A DNA stretch of 63,984 bases, counting the filler, from Phoronis australis (taxonomy: Eukaryota > Animalia > Phoronida): NCBI GenBank assembly GCA_002633005.1. It is 7 parts of 7 records of this genome, joined end to end, with 100 filler letters (N's around TTAATTAATTAA, not from the genome) between each part and the next. Parts side by side here need not be neighbours in the genome. Positions count along the whole stretch, not along the records: positions 1 to 21,745 come from NMRA01000491.1; 6 more parts are not named here. The stretch is one strand, 5' to 3'. The position numbers were made by a program, and so were the translations under genes. The notes under the pieces are model-generated. The model had not been told where the DNA came from. It did not search any database and saw only the letters and a program-made list of their open reading frames with translations. Shown in pieces: positions 1-13,700 of this stretch (position 1 is its first letter; each line of letters opens with the position of its first letter).

Positions 1-3000
1 TAGTGCGCGGTTTTGCGCCAATTGACGAAAATTCAACCGTTGAAAGTCAATTCTTTTTCTTTTTCTCTACTGATGGAGGTCCAGAGGACCTAGGAACGGA
101 GGAGCATCGATTTTCAACGGTTAGTTTTCCGGCAATAGACGTTTCCACTGAGGAGGCGGAATCTCCGTAAAATTCTCCGTATTTCGGGGTAGGGCAAAGT
201 CGTGAGGGGCTTTGTGAAGATTGACGGAAACTTAACTATAAAAATTCAGTTCTTTTTCTTTTCCTCTACTGAGGGATGGCCATAGGACTTAGGAACGCAG
301 GGGCATCGATTTTCAAAGGTTAGTTTTTCAGCAACAGACGTTTGAACTGAGGAGGCGGAATCTCCGAAAAATTCTCGGTTTTTCGAGGTAGGGCAAAGTC
401 GTGCGCGGTTTTGCGCCAATTGACGAAAACTCAACGGTTGAAAGTCAATTCTTTTTCCCTTCCTCTACTGATGGAGGGCCAGAGTACCTAGGAACGGAGG
501 GGCATCGATTTTCAACGGTTAGTTTTCCGGCAATAGACGTTTCAACTGAAGAGGCGGATTCTCCGTAAAATTCTCATTTTTTCGGGGTAGGGCAAAACCG
601 TGCGGGGCTTTGTGCCGATTGGCGAAAACTTAAATGTTGAAAGTCAATTCTTTTTCCTTTTCTCTACTGAGGGCGGGCCAGAGGACTTAGGAACGGAGGG
701 GCATCGATTTTCAATGGTTAGTTTTTCAGCAATAGACGTTTGAACTGAGGAGGCGGAATCTCCGTAAAATTCTCGGTTTTTCGGGGTAGGGCAAAATAGT
801 GCGCGGTTTTGCGCCAATTGACGAAAACTCAACCGTTGAAAGTCAATACTTTTTCTTTTCCTCTACTGATAGAGGGCCCGAGGACCTAGGAACGGAGGAG
901 CATCGATTTTCAACGGTTAGTTTTCCGGCAATAGACGTTTCAACTGAGGAGACGGAATCTCCGTAAAAGTATCGGTTTTTCGGGGTAGGGCAAAGTCGTG
1001 CTGGGCTTTGTGCCGATTGACGAAAACTTAACTGTTGAAAGTCAATTCTTTTTCTTTTCCTCTACTGATGGAGGGCCAGAGTACCTAGGAACGGAGGAGC
1101 ATCGATTTTCAACGGATAGTTTTCCGGCAATAGACGTTTGAATTGAGTAGGCGGAATCTCCGTAAAATTCTCGGTTTTTCGGGGTAAGGCAAAGTAGTGC
1201 GCGGTTTTGCGCCAATTGACGAAAACTCAACTCTTGAAAGTCATTTATTTTTGTTTTCCTCTACTGGTGGAGGGCCAGAATACCTACAAACGGAGGAGCA
1301 TGGATTTTCAACGGTTAGTTTTCCGGCAATAGACGTTTCAACTGAGGAGGCGGAATCTCCGTAAAATTCTCGGTTTTTCGGGGTAGGGCAAAGTCGTGCG
1401 GGGCTTTGTGCCGATTGACGAAAACTTAACCTTTGAAAGTCAATTCTTTTTCCTATCCTCTACTGATGGAAGGCCAGAGTACCTAGGAACGGAGGGGCAT
1501 CGATTTTCAACGGTTAGTTTTCCGGCAATAGATGTTTGAATTGAGGAGGCGGAATCTCCGTAAAATTCTTGGTTTTTCGGGGTAAGGCAAAGTAGTGCGC
1601 GGTTTTGACCAAATTGACGAAAACTCAACGGTTTAAGGTCAATTCTTTTTCTTTTTCTCTACTGATGGAGGTCCAGAGGACCTAGGAACGGAGGAGTATC
1701 GATTTTCAACGGTTAGTTTTCCGGCAATAGACGTTTCAACTGAGGAGGCGGATTCTCCGTAAAATTCTCGTTTTTTCGGGGTAGGGCAAAATCGTGCGGG
1801 GCTTTGTGACGATTGACGAAACTTTAACCGTTAAAAGTCAATTCTTTTTCTTTTTCTCTACTGATGGAGGGCCAGAGGACCTAGGAACGGAGGATCATCT
1901 ATTTCCAACGGTTAGTTTTCCGGCAATAGACGTTTCAACTGAGGAGGCGAAATCTCCGTAAAATTCTCGGTTTTTCGGGGTAGGGCAAAGTCGTGCGGGT
2001 CTTTGTGCCGATTGACGAAAACTTAATCGTTGAAAGTCAATTCTTTTTCTTTTCCTCTATTGATGGAGGGCCAGAGTACCTAGGAACGGAGGGGCATCAA
2101 TTTTCAACGGTTAGTTTTGCGGCAATAGATGTTTGAATTGAGGAGGCGGAATCTCCGTAAAATTCTCGTTTTTTCGGGGTAGGGCAAGGTAGTGCGCTGG
2201 TTTGCGCCAATTGACGAAAACTCAACGGTTTAAAGTCAATTCTTTTTCTTTTTCTCTACTGAAGGAGGTCCAGAGGACCTAGGAACGGAGGAGTATCGAT
2301 TTTCAACCGTTAATTTTCCGGCAGTAGGCGTTTCAACTGAGGAGGCGGAATCTCCGTAAAATTCTCGGTTTTTCGGGGTAGGGCAAAGTCGTGCGGGGCT
2401 TTGTGCTGATTGACGATAACTTAACCGTTGAAAGTCAGTTTTTTTTCTTTTTGTCTACTGAGGGATGGCCATAGGACTTATTAACGGAGGGGCATCGATT
2501 TTCAACGGTTAGTTTTTCAGCAATAGACGTTTGAACTGAGGAGGCGGAATCTCCGTAAAATTCTCGGTTTTTCGGGGTAGGGCAAAGTCGTGCGCGGTTT
2601 TGCGCCAATTGACGAAAACTCAACGGTTGAAAGTCATTTCTTTTTCTTTTCCTCTACTGGTGGAGGGCCAGAGTGCCTAGGAACGGAGGATCATCTGTTT
2701 TCAACGGTTAGTTTTCCGGCAATAGACGTTTCAACTGAGGAGGCGGAATCTCGGCGTAGGGCAAAGTCGTGCGGGGCTTTGTGCCGATTGACGATAACTT
2801 AACCGTTGGAAGTCAATTCTTTTTCTCTTCCTCTACTGAGGGATGACCATAGGATATAGGAACGGAGGGGCATCAATTTTCAACGGTTAGTTTTGCGGCA
2901 ATAGATGTTTGAATTGAGGAGGCGGAATGTCCGTAAAATTCTCGTTTTTTCGGGATAGGGCAAGGTAGTGCGCGGGTTTGCGCGAATTGACGAAAACTCA

Positions 3001-5969
3001 ACGGTTTAAAGTCAATTCTTTTTCTTTTTCTCTATTTATGGAGGGCCAGAGGACCTAGGAACGGAGGAGCATCGATTTTCAACGGTTAGTTTTCCGGAAA
3101 TAGACGTTACAACTGAGGAGGCGGATTCTCCGTAAAATTCTCGGTTTTTCGGGGTAAGGCAAAGTAGTGCGCGGTTTTGCGCCAATTGACGAAAAATCAA
3201 CCGTTGAAAGTCAATTCTTTTTGTTTTTCTCTACTGATGGAGGGCCAGAGGACCTAGGAACGGAGGAGCATCGATTTTCAACGGTTAGTTTTCCGGCAAT
3301 AGACGTTTCAACTGAGGAGGCGGATTCTCCGTGAAATTCTCGTTTTTTCGGGGTAGGGCAAAATCGTACGGGGCTTTGTGCCGATTGACGAAAACTTAAC
3401 CGTTGAAAGTCAATTTTTTTCCTTTTCTCTACTGAGGGAGGGCCAGAGAACTTAGGAACGGAGGGGCATCGATTTTCAACGGTTAGTTTTTCAGCAATAG
3501 ACGTTTGAACTGAGGGGGCGGAATCTCCGTAAAATTCTCGGTTTTTCGGGGAAGGGCAAAATAGTGCGCGGTTTTGCGCCAATTGACGAAAACTCAACCG
3601 TTGAAAGTCAATTCTTTTTCTTTTGCTCTACTGATAGAGGGCCAGAGGACCTAGGAACGGAGGAGCATCGATTTTCAACGGTTAGTTTTCCGGCAATAGA
3701 CGTTTCAACTGAGGAGACGGAATCTCCGTAAAATTCTCATTTTTTCGGGGTAGGGCAAGGTAGTGCGAGGCTTTGCGCCAATTGAAGAAAATTCAACCGT
3801 TGAAAGTCAATTCTTTTTCTTTTTCTCTACTGGTGGAGGTCCAGAGGACCTAGGAACGGAGGAGCATCGATTTTCAACGGTTAGTTTTCCGGCAATAGAC
3901 GTTTCCACTGAGGAGGCGGAATCTCCGTAAATTTCTCGGTATTTCGGGGTAGGGCAAAGTCGTGCTTGGCTTTGTGAAGATTGACGGAAACTTCACTATT
4001 AAAAGTCAGTTCTTTTTCTTTTCCTATACTGAGGGATGGCCATAGGACTTAGGAACGGAGGGGCATCGATTTTCAAAGGCTAGTTTTTCAGCAACAGACG
4101 TTTTAACTGAGGAGGCGAAATCTCCGTAAAATTCTCGTGTTTTCGGGGTAAGGCAAAGTAGTGCGCGGTTTTGCGCCAATTGACGAAAACTCAACCGTTG
4201 AAAGTCAATTCTTTTTGTTTTTCTCTACTGATGGAGGGCCAGAGGACCTACGAACGGAGGAGCATCGATTTTCAACGGTTAGTTTTCCGGCAATAGACGT
4301 TTCAACTGAGGAGGCGGATTCTCCGTAAAATTCTCGTTTTTTCGGGGTAGGGCAAAATCGTGCGGGGCTTTGTGCCGATTGACGAAAACCTAACCGTTGA
4401 AAGTCAATTCTTTTTCTTTTCCTCTATTGATGGAGGGCAAGAGTACCTAGGAACGGAGGGGCATCAATTTTCAACGTTAGTTTTGCGGCAATAGATGTTT
4501 GAATTGAGGAGGCGGAATCTCCGTAAAATTCTCGTTTTTTCGGGGTAGGGCAAGGTAGTGCGCGGGTTTGCGCCAATTGACGAAAACTCAACGGTTTAAG
4601 GTCAATTCTTTTTCTTTTTCTCTACTGATGGATGTCCAGAGGACTTAGGAACGGAGGAGTATCGATTTTCAACCGTTAATTTTCCGGCAATAGGCGTTTC
4701 AACTGAGGAGGCGGAATCTCCGTAAAATTCTCGGTTTTTCGGAGTAGGGCAAAGTCGTGCGGGGCTTTGTGCTGATTGACGATAACTTAACCGTTGAAAG
4801 TCAGTTTTTTTCTTTTCATCTACTGAGGGATGGCCATAGGACTTAGGAATGGAGGGACATCGATTTTCAAAGGTTAGTTTTTCAGCATCAGGCGTTTGAA
4901 CTGAGGAGGCGGAATCTCGCAAAATTCTCGGTTTTTCGAGGTANACTTAGGAACGGAGGGACATCGATTTTCAAAGGTTAGTTTTTCAGCAACAGACGTT
5001 TGAACTGAGGAGGCGGAATCTGGCAAAATTCTCGGTTTTTCGAGGTAGGGCAAAGTCGTGCGCGGTTTTGCGCCAATTGACGAAAACTCAACGGTTGAAA
5101 GTCATTTCTTTTTCTTTTCCTCTACTGGTGGAGGGCCAGAATACCTAGGAAAGGAGGATCATCTATTTTCAGCGGTTAGTTTTCCGGCAATAGACGTTTC
5201 AACTGAGGAAGCGGAATCTCCGTAAATTTCTCGGTTTTTCGGGGTAGGGCAAAATCGTGCGGGGCTTTGTGCCGATTGACGAAAACTTAACAGTTGAAAG
5301 TCAATTCTTTTTCCTTTTCTCTACTGATGTAGGGACAGAGCACCTAGGAACGGAGGGGCATCGATTTTCAGCGGTTAGTTTTCCAGCAATAGATGTTTGA
5401 ATTAAGGAGGCGGAATCTCCGTAAAATTCTCGGTTTTTCGGGGTAAGGCAAAGTAGTGCGCGGTTTTGCGCCAATTGACGAAAACTCAACCGTTGAAAGT
5501 CAATTCTTTTTGTTTTTCTCTACTTACGGAGGGCCAGAGGACCTAGGAACGGAGGAGCATCGATTTTCAACGGTTAGTTTTCCGGAAATAGACGTTTCAA
5601 CTGAGGAGGCGGATTCTCCGTAAAATTCTCGGTTTTTCGAAAGTCAATTCTTTTTGTTTTAACGGTTGAAACTCGATGCCCCTCCGTTTTTTCGGGGTAG
5701 GGCAAAGTCGTGCTGGGCTTTGTGCCGATTGACGAAAACTTAACTGTTGAAAGTCAATTCTTTTTCTTTTCCTCTACTGATGGAGGGCCAGAGTACCTAG
5801 GAACGGAGGAGCATCGATTTTCAACTTTAAGTTTTCCGGCAATAGACGTTTGAATTGAGGAGGCGGAATCTCCGTAAAATTCTCGGTTTTTCGGGGTAAG
5901 GGAAAGTAGTGCGCGGTTTTGCGCCAATTGACGAAAACTCAATCGTTGAAAGTCAATTCTTTTTGTTTT
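1..5969 (+). repeat. 199-bp satellite array, block A (largely alternating two monomer types)
   Basis: Monomer landmarks (GAAAGTCAATTC, CCTAGGAACGGAG, GAGGAGGCGGAATCTCCGTAAAA) recur every 199 bp; repeated 62-aa ORFs are spaced 398 bp apart. Confidence 0.98.
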
Positions 5970-7380
5970 AACGGTTGAAAATCGATGCCCCTCCGTTATT
6001 AGGTCCACTGGCCCTCCATCAGTAGAGGAAAAGATTAAGAATTGACTTTCAACTGTTGAGTCTTCGTCAATTGGCGAAAAACGGCGCACGCTTTTGCCCT
6101 ACCCCGAAAAACCGAGAATTTTACGGAGATTCCGCCTCCTCAACTCAAAGGTCTATTGCCGGAAAACTAACCTTTGGAAATCGATGCCCCTCCGCTCCTA
6201 GGACAAAACCGCGTACTACCTTGCCCTACCCCGAAAAACCGAGAATTTTACGGAGAATCCGCCTCCTCAGTTGAAACGTATATTGCCGGAAAACTAACGG
6301 TTGAAAATCGATGCCACTCCGTTCCTATGTACTCTGGCCCTCCATCAGTAGAGGAAAAGAAAAAAAATGACTTTTAACGGTTGAGTTTTCGTCAATTGGC
6401 GCAAAACCGCGCACTACTTTACCCTACCCCGAAAAACCGAGAATTTTACTTAGATTTCGACTTCTCAATTCAAACGTTTATTGCCCGAAACCTAACCGTT
6501 GAAAATCGATGACCCTCTGTTCCTATGTACTCTGGCCCTCCATCAGTAGAGAAAAAGAAAAAGAATTGACTTTCAACGGTTGAGTTTTCGTCAATTGGTG
6601 CAAAACCGCGCACTACTTTGCCCTACCCCGAAAAACCGAGAATTTTACTTAGATTTCGCCTCCTCAATTCAAACGTCTTTTGCCGAAAACCTAACCGTTG
6701 AAAATCGATGCCCCTCCGTTCCTATGTACTCTGGCCCTCCATCAGTAGAGGAAAAGAACAAAAATTGACTTTCAACATTTGAATTTTCGTCAACCTCCGT
6801 TCCTAGGTCCTCTGGCCCTCCCTCAGCAGAGGAAAGAAAGAATTGACTTTCAACGGTTGAGTTTTCGTCAATTGGCGCAAAACCGCGCACTACCTTGCCC
6901 TACCCCGAAAAACCGAGAATTCTACGGTGAATCCGCCTCCTCAGTTGAAACGTATATTGCCGGAAAACTATCCGTTGAAAATTGATGCAGCTCCGTTCCT
7001 AGGTCCTCTGGCCCTCCATCAGTAGAGGAAAAGAAAAAGAATTGACTTTCAACGGTTGAGTTTTCGTCAATTGGCGCAAAACCGCGCACAACTTTGCCCT
7101 ACCCCGAAAAACCGAGAATTTTACATAGATTTCGCCTCCTGAATTCAAACGCTTATTGCCGGAAACCTAACCGTTGAAAATCGATGCCCCTCCGTTCCTA
7201 TGTACTCTGGCCCTCCATCAGTAGGGGAAAAGAAAAAAAATTGACTTTCAACAGTTGAGTTTTCGTCAATTGGCGCAAAACCGCGCACTACCTTGCCCTA
7301 CCCGGAAAAACCCAGAATTTTACGCAGAATCCGCCTCCTCAGTTGAAACGTATATTGCCGGAAAACAAAGCGTTGAAAAT
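5970..7380 (-). repeat. 199-bp satellite, inverted block
   Basis: Reverse complement of the monomer (CCGTTGAAAATCGATGCCCCTCCGTTCCTAGG) up to the N gap at 7381-7778. Confidence 0.97.
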
Positions 7381-7778
7381 NNNNNNNNNNNNNNNNNNNN
7401 NNNNNNNNNNNNNNNNNNNNNNNNNNNNNNNNNNNNNNNNNNNNNNNNNNNNNNNNNNNNNNNNNNNNNNNNNNNNNNNNNNNNNNNNNNNNNNNNNNNN
7501 NNNNNNNNNNNNNNNNNNNNNNNNNNNNNNNNNNNNNNNNNNNNNNNNNNNNNNNNNNNNNNNNNNNNNNNNNNNNNNNNNNNNNNNNNNNNNNNNNNNN
7601 NNNNNNNNNNNNNNNNNNNNNNNNNNNNNNNNNNNNNNNNNNNNNNNNNNNNNNNNNNNNNNNNNNNNNNNNNNNNNNNNNNNNNNNNNNNNNNNNNNNN
7701 NNNNNNNNNNNNNNNNNNNNNNNNNNNNNNNNNNNNNNNNNNNNNNNNNNNNNNNNNNNNNNNNNNNNNNNNNNNNNA

Positions 7779-10700
7779 TTGACGAAGACTCAACCGTTGA
7801 AAGTCAATTATTATTCTTTTCCTCTACTGATGGAGGGCCAGAAGACCTAGGAAAGGAGGAGCATCAATTTTCAACGGTTAGTTTTCCGGCAATAGACGTT
7901 TCAACTGAGGAGGCGGAATCTCCGTATAATTCTCGGTTTTTCGGGGGAGGGTAAAGTAGTGCGCGGTTTTGCGCCAATTGACGAAAACTCAACCGTTGAA
8001 AGTCAATTCTTTTTCTTTTCCTCTACTGATGGAGGGCCAGAGGACCTAGGAACGGAGGAGCATCAATTTTCAACGGTTAGTTTTCCGGCAATAGACGTTT
8101 CAACTGAGGAGGCGGAATCTCCGTATAATTCTCGGTTTTNGGAGCATCGATTTTCAACGGTTAGTTTTCCGGCAATAGACGTTTCAACTGAGGAGGCGGA
8201 ATCTCCGTATAATTCTCGGTTTTTCGGGGTGGGGCAAAGTCGTGCGCCGTTTTGCGCCAATTGACGAAAACTCAACCGTTGTAAGTCAATTCTTTTTATT
8301 TTCCTCTACTGATGGAGGGCCAGAGTACCTAGGAACGGAGGGGCATCGATTTCCAACGGTTAGTTTTCCGGCCTTAGACGTTTGAGTTGAGGAGGCGGAA
8401 TCTCCGTAAAGTTCTCTGTTTTTCGAGGTAGGGCAAAGTCGTGCGCGGTTTTGCGCCAATTGAAGAAAACTCAACCGTTGAAATTCAATTTTTTTTCTTT
8501 TCCTCTACTGATGGAGGAACAGAGTACCAAGGAACGGAGGGGCATCGATTTCCAACGGTTTGTTTTCCGGCAATAGACGTTTGAGTTGAGGAGGAGGAAT
8601 CTCCGTAAAATTCTCGGTTTTTCGGAGAAGGGCAAAGTAGTGCGCGGTTTTTCGCCAATTGACGAAGACTCAACCGTCGAAAGTCAATTTTTATTCTTTT
8701 CTTCTACTGATGGAGGGCCAGAGTACCTAGGAACGGAGGGGCATCGATTTTCAACGGTTAGTTTTTCAGTAATAGACGTTTGAACTGAGGAGGCGGAATC
8801 TCCGTAAAATTCTCGGTTTTTCGAGGTAGGGCAAAGTCGTGCGCGGTTTTGCGCCAATTGACGAAAACTCAACCGTTGAAAGTCATTTTTTTTATTTTCC
8901 TCTACTGATGGATGGCCAGAGTACCTAGGAACGGAGGGGCATCGATTTCCAACGGTTAGTTTTCCCGGCCTTAGACGTTTGAGTTGAGGAGGCGGAATCT
9001 CCGTAAAGTTCTCTGTTTTTCGAGGTAGGGCAAAGTCGTGCGCGGTTTTGCGCCAATTGAAGAAAACTCAACAATGAAATTCAATTTTTTTTCTTTTCCT
9101 CTACTGATGGAGGAACAGAGTACCTAGGAACGGAGGGGCATCGATTTCCAACGGTTTGTTTTCCGGCAATAGACGTTTGAGTTGAGGAGGAGGAATATCC
9201 GTAAAATTCTCGGTTTTTCGGAGAAGGGCAAAGTAGTGCGCGGTTTTTCGCCAATTGACGAAGACTCAACCGTTGAAAGGCAATTCTTATTCTTTTCCTC
9301 TACTGATGGAGGGCCAGAGGACCTAGGAACGGAGGGGCATCGATTTTCAACGGTTAGTTTTTCAGCAATAGACGTTTGAACTGAGAAGGCGGAATATTTC
9401 TGCTACTGAGGAAGGGTAAGAGGACCTAGGAACGGAGGGGCATCGATTTTGAACGGTTAGTTTTACGGCAATAGACGTTTGAAGTGAGGAGGCGGAATTT
9501 CCGTAAAATTCTCGGTTTTTCGAGGAAGGGCAAAGTCGTGCTAGTTTTGCGCCTATTGACGAAAACCCAACCATTAAAAGTCAAGTTTATTTCTGTTCCT
9601 TTACTAAGGGAAGGCCAGAGAACCTAGGAACGGAGGGGCATCGATTTTCAACATTTAGTTTTCCGGCAATAGACGTTTGAATTAAGGAGTCGGAATCTAC
9701 GAAATATTCTCGGTTTTTCGGGGTAGCGCAAAGTCGGGCGCGGTTTTTCGTGGATTGTCGAAAACTTAACCGTTGAAAGTCTTTTTTTTCTTTTCCTTTA
9801 CTGGGTTAGGGCCAGAAAACCTAGGAACGGAGGGGCATCGATTTCCAAGCTTTAGTTTTCAGCCAATGTACGTTTGAAGTGAGGAGGCGGAATCTAAGTA
9901 AAATTCTCGAATTTTCGAGGTAGGGCAAAGTTGTGCGCGGTTTTTTGCCGATTGACGAAAACTTAAGACCTGAAAGTCAATTATTTTTCTTTTCCTATAC
10001 TAAGGATGGGTCAAAGGACCTAGGAACGGAGGGGTATCGATTTTCAACGGTTAGTTTTCCGGCAATAGACGTTTGAAGTGAGGAGGCGGAATCTCCGTAA
10101 AATTCTCGGTTTTTCGAGGTAGGGCAAAGTGGTGCGGGTTTTGCGCCGATTGACGAAAACTTAACGGTTGAAAGTCAATTATTTTTCTTTTTTTCTACTG
10201 AGGAAGGGTAACAGGACCTAGGAACGGAGGGGCATCGATTTTCAACGGTTAGTTTTCCGGCAATAGACGTTTGAAGTGAGGAGGCGGAATTTCCGTAAAA
10301 TTCTCGGTTTTTCGAGGTATGGCAAAGTCGTGCTTGTTTTGCGCCTATTGACGAAAACCCAAATATTAAAAGTCAAGTTTATTTCTGTTCCTTTAATAAG
10401 GGAGGGCCAGAGAACCTAGGAACGGAGGGACATCGATTTTCAACCTTTAGTTTTCCGGCAATAGACGTTTGAATTAAGGAGTCGAAATCTACGAAATATT
10501 CTCGGTTTTTCGGGGTAGGGCAAAGTCTTCCACGGTTTTTCGCCAATTGACGAAAATTTAACCGTTGAAAGTCAATTTTTTTCTTTTCCCTTACTGAGAA
10601 AGGGCCAGAGGACCTAGGAACGGAGGGGCATAGATTTTCAACGGTTAATTTCCCGGCAATAGACTTTTGAAGTGAAGAGGCGGAATCTCCGTAAAATTCT

Positions 10701-13700
10701 CTGTTTTTCGGGGTAGTGCAAAGTCGTGCGGGGTTTTGCGCTGATTGTCAAAAACCCAACAGTTGAAAGTTATTTTTTTCTTTTCCTTTACTGGGGGAGG
10801 GCCAGAGAACCTACGAACGGAGGGGCATTGATTTCCAAGGGTTAGTTTTCAGCCAATAGACATTTGAAGTGAGGAGGCGGAATCTAAGTAAAATTCTTGA
10901 TATTTCGAGGTAGGGCAAAGTTGTGCGGGTCTTGCGCCGATTGACGAACTCTTAACGGTTGAAAGTCAATTATTTTTTCTTTTCCCCTACTGAGGAAGGC
11001 TCAGAGGACCTAGGAACGGAGGGGCATCGATTTTCAACGGTTAGTTTTCCGGCAATAGACGTTTGAAATGAGGAGGCGGAATTTCCGTAAAGTTCTCGGT
11101 TTTTCGAGGTAGGGCAAAGTCGTGCTTGCTTGCGCCTATTGACGAAAACCCAACCATTAAAAGTCAAGTTTATTTCTGTTACTTTACTAAGGGAGGGCCA
11201 GAGAACCCCAGGAACGGAGGGGCATCGATTTTCAACGGTTAGATTCTCAGCAATAGACGTTTGAAATGAGGAGGCGGAATGACCGTAAAATTCTCGGGTT
11301 TTCGAGGAAGGGCAAAAGTGTGCGCGGTTTTTTGCCGATTGACGAAAACTTAACGGTTGAAAGTCAATTATTTTTCATTTCCTCTACTAAAGAACGGTCG
11401 GGGGACCTAGGAACGAAAGGGTATGGATTTTCAACAGTTAGTTTTCCGGTAATAGACGTTTGAAGTGAGGAGGCGGAATCTCCGAAAAATTCTCGGTTTT
11501 TCGAGGTAGGGCAAAGTCGTGCGCGGTTTTTCGCCGATCGTCGAAAACCTAAACGTTGAAAGTCAAGTTTATTTCTGTTCATCTACTATGGGTGGCCCAG
11601 AGAACCTAGGAACGGAGGGGCATCGATTTTCAACGGTTAGTTTTCAGGCAATAGACGTTTGAGGTGAGGAGGCGGAATCTCCGAAAAATTCTCGTTTTTT
11701 GAGGTAGGGCAAAGTCGTGAGCGGTTTTTCGCCGATTGACGAAAACTTAACCGTTGAAAGTCAATTATTTTTCATTTCCTTTACTGAGGAAGAGCCGGAG
11801 GAGGTAGGAACGGAGGGGCATCGATTTTCAACGGTTAGATTTCCGACAATAGACGTTTGAATTAAAGAAGACGGAATCTCCGTTAAATTCTCGGTTTTTC
11901 GAGGTAGGGCAAACTCGTGCGGGTTTTGCGCCGATTGACGAAAACCCAACCGTTGAAAGTCAATTTTTTTCTTCTCCTTTACTGGGGGAGGGCCAGAAAA
12001 CCTGGGAACGGAGAGGCATCGATTTTCAACGCTTAGTTTTCCGAAAATAGACGTTTGAATTGAGGAGGCAGAATCTCCTTAACATTCTCGGTTTTTCTTG
12101 GTAGGGCAAAGTCGTACAGGGTTTTCCACCGATGGACGAAAACCCAACTGCTGAAAGTCAAGTTTTTGCTATTATTTTAATGTGGGAGTGCCAGAGGACC
12201 TAGGTGAGGAGGGGCATCGACTTTCAAAGGTTAGTTTTCCGGAAATAGACGTTTGATGTGAGGAGGCGGAAGCTCCGTAAAATTATCGGGGTTGGGCAAA
12301 GTCGTGCGGGTTTGCGCCCATTGACGAAAACCCAACCTTTGAAAGTCAATTTTTTTCTCTTCCTTTACTGGGGGAGGGCCAGAGGACCTGGGAACGGAGG
12401 GGCATTGATTTTCAACGGTTAGTTTTCCGGGAATAGACGTTTGAAATGAGGAGGCGGAATCTCCGTAAAATTCTCGGTTTTTCGAGATAGGGCAAANTGA
12501 ACGAAGGGGCATCGATTTTCAACGGTTAGTTTTCCGGCAATAGACATTTGAAATGAGGAGGCGGAATCTCCGTAAAATTTTAGATTTTTCGAGGTAGGGC
12601 AAACTCGTGCGGGGTTTTGCGCCGATTGACGAAAACCCAACCGTTGAAAGTCAAGTTTTGTTCTTTTCCTTTACTGGGGGAGGGCCAGAGGACCTAGAAA
12701 CGGAGGGGCTTTGATTTTCAACGGTTAGTTTTCCGGCAATAGACGTTTGAAGTGAGGAAGCGGAATCTAGAAAACCTAGGAACGGAAGGTCGTCGATTTT
12801 CAAATGCTAGTTTTCCGACAATAGACATGTGAATTGAGGAGGCGGAATCTCCGTAAAATTCTCGGTTTTTCTTGGTATGGCAAAGTCGTGCGAGGTTTCG
12901 CGCCGATTGACGAAAACCTAACTGCTGAAAGTCAAGTTTTTTCTTTTATTTTACGGGGGGAGGGCCAGAGCACCCAGGAACTGTGGGGCATCGATTTTCA
13001 ACGGTTATTTTTCAGGCAACAGACGTTTCAATTGAGGAGGAGGAATCTCCGTAAAATTTTAGATTTTTCGAGGTAGGGCAAAGTCGTGCGGGGTTTTGCG
13101 CCGATTGACGAAAACCCAACAGTTAAAACTCATTTTTTTCTTTTCCTCTACTGAAGTAGGGCCAGAAGACCTAGGAACTGAGGGGCATCGATTTTCAACT
13201 GTAAGTTTTCCGACAATAGGCATGTGAATTGAGGAGGCGGAATCTCCGTAAAATTCTCGGTTTTTGGGGTAGGGCAAAGTTGTACGTGGTCTTGCAACGA
13301 TTGACGAAAACCCAACTGTTGAACGTGACGTTTTTTTCTTTTCCTTTACTGAAGAAGGGCCAGAGGACCTATGAACGAAGGGGCATCGATTTTCAACGGT
13401 TAGTTTTCCGGCAATAGACATTTGAAATGAGGAGGCGGAATCTCCGTGAAATTCTCGGTTTTTCGAGTTAGGGCAAAGTCATGCTGGGTTTTGCGCCGAT
13501 TCACGGAAACCCAACCGTTGAAAGTAAAGTTTTGTTCTTTTCCATTTTTGGGGGAGGGCCAGATGACTTTGGAACGGAGGGGCATCGATGTTCAAAGGCT
13601 AGTTTTCCTACAATAGACGTTTCAATTGAGGAAGCGGAATCTCCGTAAAATTTTAGATTTTTCGAGGTAGGGCAAACTCGTGCGGGGTTTTGCGCCGATT

